Positions 39,622 through 52,494 of a stretch of DNA of 64,000 bases are shown here, piece by piece. Every line of letters starts with the position of its first letter. The first letter of the stretch is position 1. The position numbers and the translations under genes are program-made. The notes under the pieces are model-generated. The model had not been told where the DNA came from. It made no database searches and saw only the letters and a list, made by a program, of their open reading frames with translations. Source of the stretch: Dendrobates tinctorius (Eukaryota); NCBI RefSeq assembly GCF_039654945.1, contig NW_027361788.1, positions 21,514,001-21,578,000 of the forward strand. Direction: 5' to 3'.

Positions 39622-42600
39622 ATGTGTGTCTCGGTACTACTTTTGCTTGGAATAGTTTCGGGGCTCTGTAGCAGCGATCAGTCCTGTCCGGGTGAGATTT
39701 TTATATTTATATATATTTATATTTTTTATTTTTATTTTATTTTTTTTAATGACCATAGGTTTTATTTTATCATTACTTTTAATGCCGTATCTACACATTA
39801 TAATTGTATGATATTTGGGAAATAAATCATTCCAAAATGGTTAAAAGAAAAAAATGCAGCACTTTTTGCCAAATCATAGAAGAAAAACTGCAAACAGAAC
39901 ACAGCTGTAACCTCACGCATAACATGTCTATTACATATTTGCATTACTATTGTCTATATATCTTTTGTAACAAAAATTTTTTCTAACAGAAGTGAAAGTT
40001 TTAGGGATTGGTGAGTTGGATAAGTTGTCAATTCTTCGAGGTTGCCATGGTCATCCTGGTCTTCCGGGTCAGAAAGGAGATGTTGGGACACCAGGAGAAA
40101 AAGGTTGGTACATAGAGAATTACTATTACAGTTTATGGGTTGTGTAGGTTAGTCCTTACATTGTAGTTTCCAATGAATATCTATTGAATATTTCCAAATG
40201 TTTGATCATTCAAGACCCTTTAAATTTACTATATATGTGCATACCTGCCATTGAGAGAGTCCATGTGGCTTCCACCGGGCCCGAGATTGGTCTTCTCCCC
40301 TTTTTAATGACGGGCTAGACCCTTCACAGGGATGTGATGCCGTCATGCAAAAACTATAAATGGGCTAAAATTTAATCTTGGCTATGGGGACCTGCTTCAC
40401 AGTGTAGAAATCTATTGTTTTTTTATTTTCCAGGACAAATGGGACCTCAAGGGACACCAGGAATCGTTGGACTTCCAGGAAAAACAGGTGAGTCAAGAAC
40501 TCTGTGCCTCCATACCGCATTGGTACATGTCTCTGTTGGGTACATGAGGCCTAATAAAAGACTACCAGGAAAAAAAAGGGAAGGAACAATTAGAGAATCA
40601 GCATTGCGATGAAGCCTGGGTGACTGTGACAAAATCATGACCCCATAGCTGCTAACATGGCTGCCCTCATGTGGACATAGTCAATAAAGGATGAAGGATG
40701 GTGCACAGAGATATTTCAGCAAACATCTAATTTATAGGCACTGTTGTAGCAAACCTCTAAAGCTGTTGGGGATGTAGCAAAAAACTGCTCTTATAAAGTT
40801 TCTTATGCATTTATATATTTTTCTTTTAGGAGAGAAAGGGGAAAGTGGTGTTATTGAGCCAGTATACAGTAAGTTAAATGTCTAAATGAGAACGGAAAGT
40901 CTTCTGCTGCTCCACAATCTGTTCTAGATCTAAATTGTCCAAAATACTAGTCACTAAGCAACAACAGAATAAAACAATAAAACCATTAAAAGGAACAACA
41001 AAAGACAAAATCCTCTCTTTAGCCCCATAGTGCCACGAGAGGTGGCGAGTTCTCCTTCAATGGAAATCTTCAAACATAAGCTGGACAGACATCTGTCTGG
41101 GATGATTTAGTGACTCCTGCATTGGACACGATGCCCCTGGAGGTCCCTTCCAACTCTAAAGGTACTGTCACACTTAGAGATGTACCAGCGATCCCGACCA
41201 GCGATATGACGCGGTCAGGATCGCTGGTGCATCGCTAAGTGGTCACTAGTGAGCTGCCACACAGGCAGATCTCACTAGCGACATCGCTGGGGACGGGGAT
41301 CGCTACTTACCTGTCAGACCAGGCGATCCTGTGTCCTCCCGCCCGGCTCCACGCGTCGCTCGTCCTCACAGCAGGAAGCGCCACAGGAAGCTGACGATGA
41401 GAAACAGCCCAGGACGTTCTCGCGCGATCAGCGATAACCAGCGGGGGAGTCGGTCGGAGGTAAGTATCAGACACAGCGATATCGCTAGCAATATCGCTAT
41501 AACGTCACAAGTTATAGCGATATTGCTAGCGATATCTCTTAGTGTGACAGGCCCTTAACATTGTAGGATTCCCCAAGTTGACCATATATTAGTGCCTCAA
41601 AATTTAGGGTATGAGCACACAACATCTTTTTTTTTTAGGCAGATCCCTCCTGGAGCCCAACTGAAAAAGAGCTAAAAATATGTAGAAAAAAGAATAAACA
41701 CATGCACATCAATGTCAAAAAGGACCTACTGTACACATGTTCCTTCTTTTGTCACTTCGTTTAACTGTTTTAGGCTTCAAAAGCTGTGAAGCAACTAACA
41801 TAAATCACTGGTCTATTCTTCACAAAGTTAAGGGCCTGTCACACTAAGCGATATCGCTAGCAATATCGCTATAACTTGTGACGTTATAGCGATATTGCTA
41901 GCGATATCGCTGTGTCTGATACTTACCTACGACCGGCTCCCCCGCTGATTATCGCTGATCGCGCGAGAACGTCCAGGACTGTTTCTCGTCGTCAGCTTCC
42001 TGCGGCGCTTCCTGTGGAGAGACGAGCGACACGTGGAGCCGGGCGGGAGGACGCAGGATCGCAGCGTCTGACAGGTAAGTAGCGATCCCCGTCCCCAGCG
42101 ATGTCGCTGGTGAGATCTGCCTGTGTGGCAGCTCACTAGCGACCACTTAGCGATGTACCAGCGATCCTGACCGCGTCATATCGCTGGTCGGGATCGCTGG
42201 TACATCGCTAAGTGTGAAAGTACCTTTATACATGGAATTTAAAAAAAAAAAATTGTCTGCTGGTCCTGATCTCTGGGGCTGTCTATGTGACAGCGATCCC
42301 ATCATGTCGGATCGTTGGTGGGATCAATGTGACATCGTTATGTGTGATGGGGTCTTAGGGCCCCGTCACACATAGCGACTCACCAGCGATCCCGACGATA
42401 TCAACGTGTCAGGATCGCTGGTGAGTCGCTACATGATCGCTGGTGAGCTGTCAAACAGACAGCTTCACCAGCGATCAGCACCAGTGACGCCGAGCGCGCG
42501 GCGTCGCTGTGTACGTTAGTTACCAGCGCGCTGATGCAGGGAGCTGGTAACTAAGGTACACATCGGGTTTCTAAGCGACGTGCGTCACTTAGAAACCCGA

Positions 42601-45352
42601 TGTGTACCTTGGCTACCAGCTCCCTGCATCAGCGCGCTGGTAACTAAGGTACACATCGTGCTTCTAAGCACCGCCCAGTGCTTAGAAACCCTGCGTTTAC
42701 CTTAGTTACCAGCGCGCTGATCGCTGGTCTCCCGCCTGTCACATGCAGCGATGCGTACTGGCCAGCGGGAGACCAGCGATCAAAAAAATGTTCCTGGCTA
42801 TTCCAGGACGATCAGCAATACCCGGCAGTGGGGCTGGTCGCTGGTCAGTGTCACACACAGCGATCTTGCTGGTGAGATCGCTGTTGCGTCACAAAACTTG
42901 TGGTCTGCTAGCGAGATCGCTATGTGTGACGGGGGCTTTAAGTTGATCACACAGCAAAGAAATCTCTCAGCATGTGTTCTACTCCCCCCCACAGGGGAAT
43001 TGAAGTACTGCACTCAGGGCTTATTTTATTTTATCCTTTGTCTGTGTGTTCACAGATGTGGGGTCCTCCTGAGTATTATTTGTACCCTTTTTTTTTTCTC
43101 TTTGACTTATAGACAATCCGGCATTCAGAACCCTAACCCTCTATTAACTCAAAATGCCCTAAAGATTGTTGGAAAATAATTTTCTAAACCAGACAGCACC
43201 TTTAAATGAAGTTTTATTGTTATATATGTTTCATAGCTGCCAGGAACTGCAAAGAAGTACAGAATCAGGAAGCAGAGTTCAGCGACTGGTACACCATATA
43301 CCCAGATGGCAGCCAGCCTCTGAAGGTCCTGTGCGATATGGACACAGATGGAGGAGGATGGATTGTAAGTATACGGCATCGCAATGAGAAGGTTTTTCCG
43401 GAAACTTTGGACCCATCTCAATAGTATCCTTTCCTATTGAATGGTAGCAGGGGTGTAGCTATATTGGGTGCAGAAGTAGCAGTTATACCCAGGCCCTTGC
43501 AGCTCTATGTTTTCCTTTGTGTCGGAGAATATGTTTTTGTTATAGGGCCCTGTTTAGTTTTTAGGATAGTGGCAGCCTTTTTATGGACTTTATAGTCTAG
43601 ACAAGGTCTGTTCCTACTTGCCCCCAATAAGTTTGCATGACTCAAACATTTCTGTTCTTTTTACTGTTTTAGGTGATAGAGACGTTGGGATGGATCAGTG
43701 GATTTTTTCCGCACATGGGATGATTATAAAAAAGGGTTTGGAAATCGATTGAATGAATTTTGGCTGGGAAATGAAAATATTCATCAAATAACTTCCTCAA
43801 GTAATGATGATTTCTTGGTTATTGCCTGAACTGTTTTGTGCATCTAAAGTGAAAGGGTCCGTAAGAGGCTGGACTAGTTTATCTGGTCCTCTGTTATTTA
43901 TGGATAGTGCTCTATCATCTGTCCATGCTTCGTTGAATGGGAAAGTAGAGCTTAAACCTAACTAGTAACTCTTCGATTTTATTGATTCATCGATCAGCCC
44001 TTGCAAAGTTATGATTTTTTGTAATATACTCCCTTACCTTATTTTGCTTCCCTCACTCTCAAACTTGATGATGAAAGTGCTATATTAACTGCCTTCTTCA
44101 TGCTCTTGAAGACGCCACTCAAACACTCTTTACTAACACTCTCCCTTCGCAGCCTTCTCTGCTCCCCATGCTCAGACATAAAGAGTGTTTGTAGATAATG
44201 TTCAAGTGTGAATTCTTGATAGAGCAGCAGTTCAAATCAGCTTCTAAAAAAACATGAACTAGGCAGGTAAAACAGCACTTTTAGCATGGTGTTTGAGAGT
44301 GTAGGAAGCAAAATAAGGTAATGGAGTATATTACTCAGATTCACAGCTTTGAAAAGGCTGATCAATCATGGAAAAAAGGTTTAGGTACTCTAAGTTTTAG
44401 TTGTCTCTATACACCCAATTTTGGATTTTTGTTATAGACATTCTTTTGTGGAGAGTCACCATCTCTTGTAAGTCAGACCTAATAACTATCTAGTGCAGAA
44501 GTGGAACATAGTGTAAGGTGATTGTCGGACACCTAGTGCATGGCAAATAAACCTGAAGTAATGATTTAGTACATATAGGACTAAAAGGGATTAATCTGCC
44601 TTGACAGGTTGATTGTGGATAGCTGAAGAGTTGGGAGAAACGGATGCTCACCATCTCTCCACCCTTGGGTGTGGTTTTCTTTGTAAAATGAGACATATTT
44701 GTCTCAAAGATGTCAGTGTGTATGGAGGTGTGCAGATCTCCTGGACTGAGTGCCTTTGCTAAAGGACTAAGAAGCTGGACTCTAAGCCAGGCAGGCCAAC
44801 CAGCACTATTGTATGGACTTGCTACTTTATGTTTCACTTTGTGCTGGACAAAGGCTGTATTTAAGTCTTCCTGTGATGTGGTTTATGAGGACTGAAATAA
44901 ACCAGTTGGACTTTAAATAGAAATGGTTCCTCTGATATCTCAGATCAAGTGAGTAGCATTGCTACAATACACATAAGATAGCTAATGGCCAAACCCTTTG
45001 TCGGGCTGACAGTTATCTGTTTCAACATCTCCTTAAGTTGTGGTATATACTTCTCAAGTCAATTATGGGTCATAAGAAGGAACAGAAGAACTAGCCCAAA
45101 TGCTGTGACATATGCCCATCTCAAGATACCACTTTTGGACAAGTTTATTGCTAAGAGTTTTTTAGCCATATTACCTTCCATTTTCTAAAGTTCTTGTGTA
45201 TATCTTACTTTCTAAAGGAACGTGGGAATTACGTGTTGACCTTCAAGATTTTGAAAGTAAAAAGGTGTTTGCCAAGTATGCAAGCTTCAAAGTCTTGGAT
45301 GAGTCTAAGAAATATGAGTTATTAATTGGAGCCTTTAAGGAAGGAACTGCAG
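39622..45352 (+). CDS. Ficolin-like lectin (signal peptide, collagen Gly-X-Y, fibrinogen domain), partial: exon 6 frameshifted, last exon not found in window
   Basis: Exons 39622-39691, 39990-40103, 40434-40487, 40830-40868, 43237-43364, 43673(or 43680)-43800, 45218-45352. Motifs [66 protein letters not shown] at ~39533. Confidence 0.88.
41030..41159 (+). mobile_element. CR1 LINE 3' end fragment
   Basis: aagctggacagacatctgtctgggatg...ggaggtcccttccaactcta resembles a typical CR1 3' terminus. Confidence 0.6.
41160..41555 (+). mobile_element. Harbinger-type MITE (TSD TAA)
   Basis: TAA|aggtactgtcacactt...aagt-like...agtgtgacaggccct|TAA. Confidence 0.8.
41831..42225 (-). mobile_element. Harbinger-type MITE (TSD TTA), inverted copy of 41160-41555
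   Basis: Reverse complement of the previous element with its own TTA duplication. Confidence 0.8.
42358..42937 (+). mobile_element. Harbinger-type MITE (TSD TTA)
   Basis: TTA|gggccccgtcacacatagcga ... tcgctatgtgtgacgggggct|TTA. Confidence 0.8.
43944..44392. mobile_element. Old palindromic MITE in ficolin intron 6
   Basis: Imperfect inverted arms (gatcagcccttgcaaag..ttaccttattttgcttcc / ggaagcaaaataaggtaa..ctttgaaaaggctgatc). Confidence 0.6.
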
Positions 45353-45394
45353 GTGAGAATCAATACGTGCAAAATGTCCTTCATTTTGGTTTAA

Positions 45395-45953
45395 AGCCCC
45401 CGTCACTCACAGCGATCTCGCTAGCGAGATCGCTGCTGAGTCACAAGTTTTGTGACGCAACAGCGATCTCACCAGCGAGATCGCTGTGTGTGATACTTAC
45501 CAGCGACTGGCCCCCCTGCCCGGGTATCACTGATCGTCCTGGAATGGCCGGGACATTTTTTTGATCGCTGGTCTCCCGCTCATCGCTGCGTGTGACAGGC
45601 TGGAGACCAGCAATCAGCGCTTAGAAATCCGATGTGTACCTTAGTTACCAGCGCGCTGGTGCAGGGAGCTGGTAACCAAGGTACACATCGGGTTTCTAAA
45701 TGTCGCGCGCCGCTTTGAAACCCGATGTGTACCTTGGTTACCAGCTCCCTGCACCAGCGCGTTGGTTACTAAGGTACACAGTGGGTAACTAAGTGACGTG
45801 CATCGCTTGTTACCTGCGTGTCGTTGGTGCTGATCGCTGGTGAAGCTGCCTGTTTGGCAGCTCACCAGTAATCATGTAGCGACTCACCAGCGATCCTAAC
45901 AAGGTCATATCATTGTCGGGATCGCTGGTGCGTCGCTATCTGTGACGGGGCCC
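45395..45953 (-). mobile_element. Harbinger-type MITE (TSD TAA), inverted relative of 42358-42937
   Basis: TAA|agcccccgtcac ... gtgacggggccc|TAA. Confidence 0.8.
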
Positions 45954-46485
45954 TAACTCCAAATCCAAAATTACTTCCAGTATGCTGGCTTTCTGCAAGT
46001 AGTATGCATACAGGTGGTGAGGTGAGAACCTGTGCTGGACTCTCCGGAGGAATAACTAGAGAATTGAGATTCATGGAAGGGTGTAGTGGTCTAAATGAAG
46101 GAAAAACCTGTGATGACTCCTGGAGTGGACCCTCTGGGTCGTGATACCAACCCACCACTGGCGTAACTACCGGGGTAGCAGCCGAAGCGGTTGCTTTAGG
46201 GCCTGGGACCCGACTCCGATCGGCGCTACCCCAGGGGCGGACCTACCCAGGGGAGAGGGGGCTCCTCCAGCACCGCATGGCTAATTATTCAAATTAGCCA
46301 TGTGGAGCGCCAGGCACAAGGAGGAAAGGAGCCAGCCCTGAGGTGAGATGATATCAGCGTCAGTCACGCTGTGCTGCGCTGCTGCTGTGGGGGAGGAGAG
46401 GAGGAGACAGACTGTCTCACTCACTGTACCTGTGGCGCTGGCCGGCCGGTGGCTGCAGCCGCAGGTCAGTCAGTCACTTGTGTGT

Positions 46486-46965
46486 NNNNNNNNNNNNNNN
46501 NNNNNNNNNNNNNNNNNNNNNNNNNNNNNNNNNNNNNNNNNNNNNNNNNNNNNNNNNNNNNNNNNNNNNNNNNNNNNNNNNNNNNNNNNNNNNNNNNNNN
46601 NNNNNNNNNNNNNNNNNNNNNNNNNNNNNNNNNNNNNNNNNNNNNNNNNNNNNNNNNNNNNNNNNNNNNNNNNNNNNNNNNNNNNNNNNNNNNNNNNNNN
46701 NNNNNNNNNNNNNNNNNNNNNNNNNNNNNNNNNNNNNNNNNNNNNNNNNNNNNNNNNNNNNNNNNNNNNNNNNNNNNNNNNNNNNNNNNNNNNNNNNNNN
46801 NNNNNNNNNNNNNNNNNNNNNNNNNNNNNNNNNNNNNNNNNNNNNNNNNNNNNNNNNNNNNNNNNNNNNNNNNNNNNNNNNNNNNNNNNNNNNNNNNNNN
46901 NNNNNNNNNNNNNNNNNNNNNNNNNNNNNNNNNNNNNNNNNNNNNNNNNNNNNNNNNNNNNNNNN
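46486..46965. other. Assembly gap (N run)
   Basis: 480 N. Confidence 1.
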
Positions 46966-47213
46966 TGGAGGAGATGCGGACATGAGAAGACTGTGATGAG
47001 GAGAGAAGGCCATGATGCCCGGGGTGATGGGAGAAGGCCATGAGGGGTAATGGGAGAAGGCCATGGGGGGTGATGGAAAGAAGGCATTGATGGGGAGAAG
47101 GCAATGATGGGAGTGATGGAGAGAAGGGGGTGATGGAGCAGGCAATGATGGGAAGAAGGCAATGATGGGAGTAATGGGGTGATGGAGCAGGCAATGATGG
47201 AAGTGATGGGGAG

Positions 47214-50200
47214 TGTTAGGAGTGGCGGAAGGCACTAAAAAAAAAAAATAATTAAAGTGCCTTCGTCACTCGGGGTCCACCGTGCGGCAGGTGATATGAC
47301 CGCTGCTAGAGAGGCAGAGAGCTATGGCATTAGGCTGTGTGCACACGTAGCGATTTTTAAGCGTTTTTGCCGCGATTTTCGGCGCGAAAACGCTGCAAAA
47401 ACGCTTAAAAATCGTGTACAGAACGCCCCCATGCATTCCTATGGCATTCCGCACATGCTGTGCTAATGCTGCACTTTTTTCCGCGGCGGAATCGCATCGC
47501 GGAAAAAATCGCAGCATGCTCATTCTTTGTGCGGAATCGCAAAGAATTGCCGCGATTCCGCATCCATAGGAATGCACGAGAATCGCTTACTTCCCGCATG
47601 TGGCTATGCCCACCATGCGGGAAGTTAAGCGTCTCATGTGCGGTTGGTACCCACGGTGTGGAGGAGAGGAGACTGTCCTCCAGGCCCTGGGTACCATACC
47701 CCTGTAAAAAAAAGAATAAAAAATAAAAAATCGGGGTATATTTACCTTCCGGTGTCCCGCGCTGCATTCCCGGCCTAAGCGTTCCCAGTAATGCCTTGCG
47801 GCAAGGTCCTGTGATGACGTGGTCTCGCGAGATCGCTATAGCAACGCGAGACTACGTCATCACAGGTCTCGCAAGGCATTACTGGGAACGCTGAGGTCCG
47901 GGAATGCAGCGCGGGACGCCGGAAGGTAAATATACCCCGATTTTTTATTTTTTTTAGCATTTTAACATTCTATCTTTTACTATTGATGCTGCATAGGCGG
48001 CCTCAATAGTAAAAACCTGGTCACACTCGTCAAACACTATGTTTGACGAGTGTGACCAACCTGTCAATCACTTTCCAAGCGATGCTTCAAATCGCTTGGA
48101 AAGTGCTTGAATATCGCACGCGAAAACCGCGGCAAAATCGCGATCATAATCGCGGTAAAATCGCGGTGAAATCGCGGTGAAATCGCGCGGAAAAAAACGC
48201 GCGATTTCTGGGAAGGAGTCCGGTTTTTAGTAAGCGTTTTAAAACGCTACGTGTGCACATAGCCTTAATGTGCACGGGGTTAGCTGCACCCAGAGTGCAC
48301 TGAAGCAAGCTCTGTTAAGGACACAGAGCCACAAACTTAAAGCACACTAAAACGCTGTGTCTGTTTAAGTCACAGAACAACAGCGACACGGTATAAAAGG
48401 GTCACAGGAGCAGCCTTCAATGTCAGAACTACTCTGACAAGACCTACCATGAAAAGAGGTGCGAGACGTCGCAACTGCGAACGCTCGAGAAACTGCAGTC
48501 GCAGCGCGGTGTGAACGGAGCCTCAGAGGAGACACCGCAATATCGCTGGCGCGGTGCAGGACGCTAGCTGCTGAGACAGGAATAGCTGGAGCGCGCTGGC
48601 GCTGCTACTGGCGGCTGCCCAATCACTCACACAATCGTATTATCAGAGGGAAGGGGTTTCTTAATAAGTCAGTCACCAGTCCAAACATCTGTCACCAAAC
48701 ATACAGCAGCAGTATGAAATACTAGCGCATGGCATAGCCGCCATGCGCACTTTTATAGCGTACGGGACCTGCCAGAAATCTCCAGAGCCCTGAGCTAAGC
48801 CAATGGAATCAGGAGCAGGACCTGAGCACCTGACTCCTGAACTCCAATGGGAGCTCGTCCCGTGGGCATGCTCAGAAGTTGGAAAAAAAGACAGCCTCTG
48901 GAGACAAATGTGAGAATCTGGATTCTTGCATAGGCAGCATAGAACCCAGATTCCTAAACATTACCCCCCCTCCTAGGGCCCCCTCCTCCCTGAACCTTCC
49001 GATCAGGGGAGACGAGCTCGCAAGGTCTCAGGAGGAACACCCGGGAGACAATAGGAGTGGGAGTTTTAGGAGGAGGCCGCCGTGTAACGGCGGGCGTAGC
49101 CACACTCCGTTCGGGAAGGCTATCCCCGAGCACACAGGGTGCATGCCTGAATAAACTTTTTTACGTTCCAAGCCCTGTGCGGCCACCAATACGAACCGGC
49201 CAGAGACTTTGTGGTCTGCATATAGCCACGATGGCCGTCCGCATTGGGCGCGTGTGCCCACGCGTGGACTTTAGACCGCTGGCAAGGAGGAACAAAAGCC
49301 ACGCCTACCGACTCATGGTCAGACCACTGCGGGGCGCTGTCTTCCGGAGAAGCAGCGGGTGGATGAAAACAACCGCATATGGACTCTTGAGCCGGACATG
49401 TCTCAGATATGGCGCGAGACACTTCCATGGGCTTGGGTAGCGGAAGCTCTGGCTCGGGCGGATCCAGAGATTCAAAAAATTTGGGAGCCGGAGTACCTCT
49501 CCATTTGGAGTGAACTCGCTCCAAACCACGCTCCGAAAATCGGAGGTCAATCCGCGAGGAGATTGATATTAACTCCTCGAGACTGGTAGGAATTTCTCTT
49601 GTGGAGAGAGCATCCTTTACATGCTCCGCTAATCCCTTCCAGAAGACAGGAATCAGAGCCTTGTCGGACCACTCCAACTCGGACGCCAGTGTCCGAAAAC
49701 GGACGGCATATTGACTGACTGTGATCCTTGAGACAAGGAGAGCAGTTGGAGAGAGGTATCGTGTGTAACCCTCGGACCAAGAAACACCTGCTTGATAGCA
49801 GTTAGCAGATTAGTTGCGGTCCGGATATTCGGGTCACCACGCTCCCATAGTGGCGTAGCCCATTCCAGCGCCTTGCCCGACAGTAGGGATATAATAAAGG
49901 CTACCTTGGCCCGCTCTGTAGGGAATTGCGCAGCCAGCAGCTCCAGGTGGATCGAGCACTGGCTGATAAAACCTCTACAGGAGGCGCCGCCATCCCCAGA
50001 ATATTTTTCGGGTAACGGGAGGCGGGTAACTGTCGGCGTAAGGGCGGACATGAACATACACCTTACCGCGTCCGTGAGTGCTTGGACAGCAGCATCTGTG
50101 GCCTGCGAAGCTGCGAGAGCTCGTTCAAGGGTAGCCAAGCGAGTCTCAAACTGTCGCACGCACTGCAACAGTTGCTGCTGATCTGCCATCTCCAGCCAGA

Positions 50201-51029
50201 CCCTGGCGCTAGTATTATGTTAGGAGTGGCGGAAGACACTAAAAAAAATAAATAATTAAAGTGCCTTCGCCACTCGGGGTCCACCGTGCGGCAGGTGATA
50301 TGACCGCTGCTAGAGAGGCAGAGCACTATGGCATTAATGTGCACTGGGTTAGCTGCACCCAGAGTGCACTGAAGCAAGCTCTGTTAAGGACACAGAGCCG
50401 CAAACTTAAAGCACACAAAAACGCTGTGTCTGTTTAAGTCACAAAACAACAGCGACACGGTATAAAAGGGTCACAGGAGCAGCCTTAAATGTCAGAACTA
50501 CTCCGACAAGACTGACCGTGAAAAGTGGTGCGAGACGTCGCAACTGCGAACGCTCGAGAAACTGCAGTCGCAGCGCGGTGTGAACGGAGCCTCAGAGGAG
50601 ATACCGCAATATCGCTGGCGCGGTGCAGGACGCTAGCTGCTGAGACAGGAATAGCTGGAGCGCTGGCGCTGCTACTGGTGGCTGCCCAATCACTCACACA
50701 ATCGTATTATCAGAGGGAAGGGGTTTCTTAATAAGTCAGTCACCAGTCCAAACATCCGTCACCATACATACAGCAGCAGTATGAAATACTAGCGCATGGC
50801 ATTGCGGCCAAGTGCATTTTTTATAGCGTACGGGACCTGCCAGAAATCTCCAGAGCCCTGAACTAAGCCAATGGAATCAGGAGCAAGACCTGAGCACCTG
50901 ACTCCGGAACTCCAATGGGAGCTCATCCCGTGGGCATGCTCAGAAGTTGGAAAAAAGGACTTAGCCTCTGGAGACAAATGTGAGAATCTGGATTCCCGCA
51001 TAGGCAGCATAGAACCCAGATTCCTAACA
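47214..51029 (-). mobile_element. Non-autonomous gag-only Gypsy LTR element; LTRs 47214-48960 (carrying a MITE) and 50218-51029
   Basis: TG...CA LTRs, TSD GGGAG, PPT. The 1.26-kb interior encodes only gag (49653-50189 plus 49120-49677, frameshifted; LPLPEKYSGD..ERAKVAFIISLLSGKALEWA). Confidence 0.9.
47333..48264. mobile_element. Harbinger-type MITE inserted in one LTR
   Basis: TTA|ggctgtgtgcacacgtagcg ... cgctacgtgtgcacatagcc|TTA; the empty site (ggcattaatg) is present in the partner LTR at ~50331. Confidence 0.9.
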
Positions 51030-52494
51030 GGGAGAAGGCAATGATAGGAGTGATGGGGAGAAGGCAGTGATGGGGTGATGGAGAAGGCAATGATGGGGGA
51101 AGGCAATGATGGGAGTAATGTGGTGATGGAGCAGGCAATGATGGGAGTGATGGGGAGAAGGCAGTGATGGGATGATGGAGAAGGCAATGATGGGAGTGAT
51201 GGGGAGAAGGCAATGATGGGGGTGATGGAGAGAAGGCAATGATGGGGGTGATTGAGAGGGCAATGATGGGGTGGTGGGGGAAAAAGAAATGATGGGGTGG
51301 TGGGGGAGAATGCACTGGTGGTGGTGGAAAGGGCAATAATGGGGGTGATGGAGGAGGAGGAAATGATGGAGGTGGTGGAATGGGCAATGATGGGAGTGGT
51401 GGGGGAGAAAGCAAAGATAGGGGTGGGGAGAAGAAAATGATGGAGGTGGTGAAGAGGGCAATGATGGGGTGGGGGAGATGACAATAATGGGATGCGAGGG
51501 GAGGACGACAATGAGGGGTGTGGGGGATTGGGATGTTAGGAAGGGGGACTTATAATGGCCTTAGGAACAGGGGGAGGTGGAGAAAGACGTTATCGCTTAT
51601 TATGTCTAACACAGTCCCTTAGTATATAATGTACTCACTATGTCTAACACAGTCCCTTAGTATATAGTGGACTCACTAATTCTGTATAACACCACCCGTA
51701 GTTGCATAGTTTCCTCTTTTGTTATGTATAACACCATCCCTTATTACGTACCATGTTCTCTAGTTATATATGGTGCCGTCCCTTATTATATAGCTTCCTC
51801 TGCTGTTATGTATAATGCTGTCTCTTACATAGTGTATTCTTGTTAATTTTGTTATTCACAGCGCCCTCTTTTATTACATAGTCCCCTCTCTTGTTAGATA
51901 TAAAATGACTGCTGATGGAGCAGACGGTGACCAAACTACCAGTCCATCAGCTCCTCCATTAGAAAGGAAGCTTTCCCATGCTCCATCAGCCATTATTGCA
52001 TTATACAGCTAACAAGACTGGACGGTATGTAATAAAAAACAGGGCTCTATATAATTCAATATGTAAGGGACGGTACTGTACATAAGAGGGCACTGTGTAA
52101 GGGACAGCAATATACATAATAAAGGAGACTATGTAATATATATACATGTATGCGTATGTGGCACTATGTGCACTATGATTTTGCAGCCTACGCTGCATTT
52201 CTGTGCCTGCTGTGCGGAGCGAAGCACATATTGGGCCCGCCTCCCTGCCTGCAGCCAGTCACAGAGTGTATTGATTCAGACTAGTTCAGTCCCGCTCCTT
52301 CCCTGAGCCCTCGCTGTCTATTAGCTCTCTGCAGTGCTGCCTGCCGCATGGACTTCTGGGAATGTCTTGAAGGGTGTGTGTCTTTGAGGGGGTGTGTCTT
52401 TGAGGGGGCCACGTTTAAAAGTTTGCTATGGGGCCCAATCAGTTCTAGTTACGCCCCTGCAACCCACCCAGGGCGAGCTGACCTAGTGGGGACC

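Larger units (their letters stand above)
46156..52459. mobile_element. Non-autonomous hAT element spanning the assembly gap; contains a gatggggagaaggcaat-type minisatellite and a nested LTR element
   Basis: TIRs cactggcgtaacta / tagttacgcccctg; perfect 8-bp TSD CAACCCAC (46148-46155, 52460-52467). Confidence 0.82.

Noticed and set aside
44467-44966. Possible solo LTR (TGTAA...CTACA with AATAAA)
   Set aside because: No target-site duplication or second copy is visible to support the boundaries.
46348-47235. ORFs spanning X residues
   Set aside because: Produced by the N gap.
50789-51511. Pro/His/Ser-rich ORFs
   Set aside because: Antisense translation of the gatggggagaaggcaat minisatellite.
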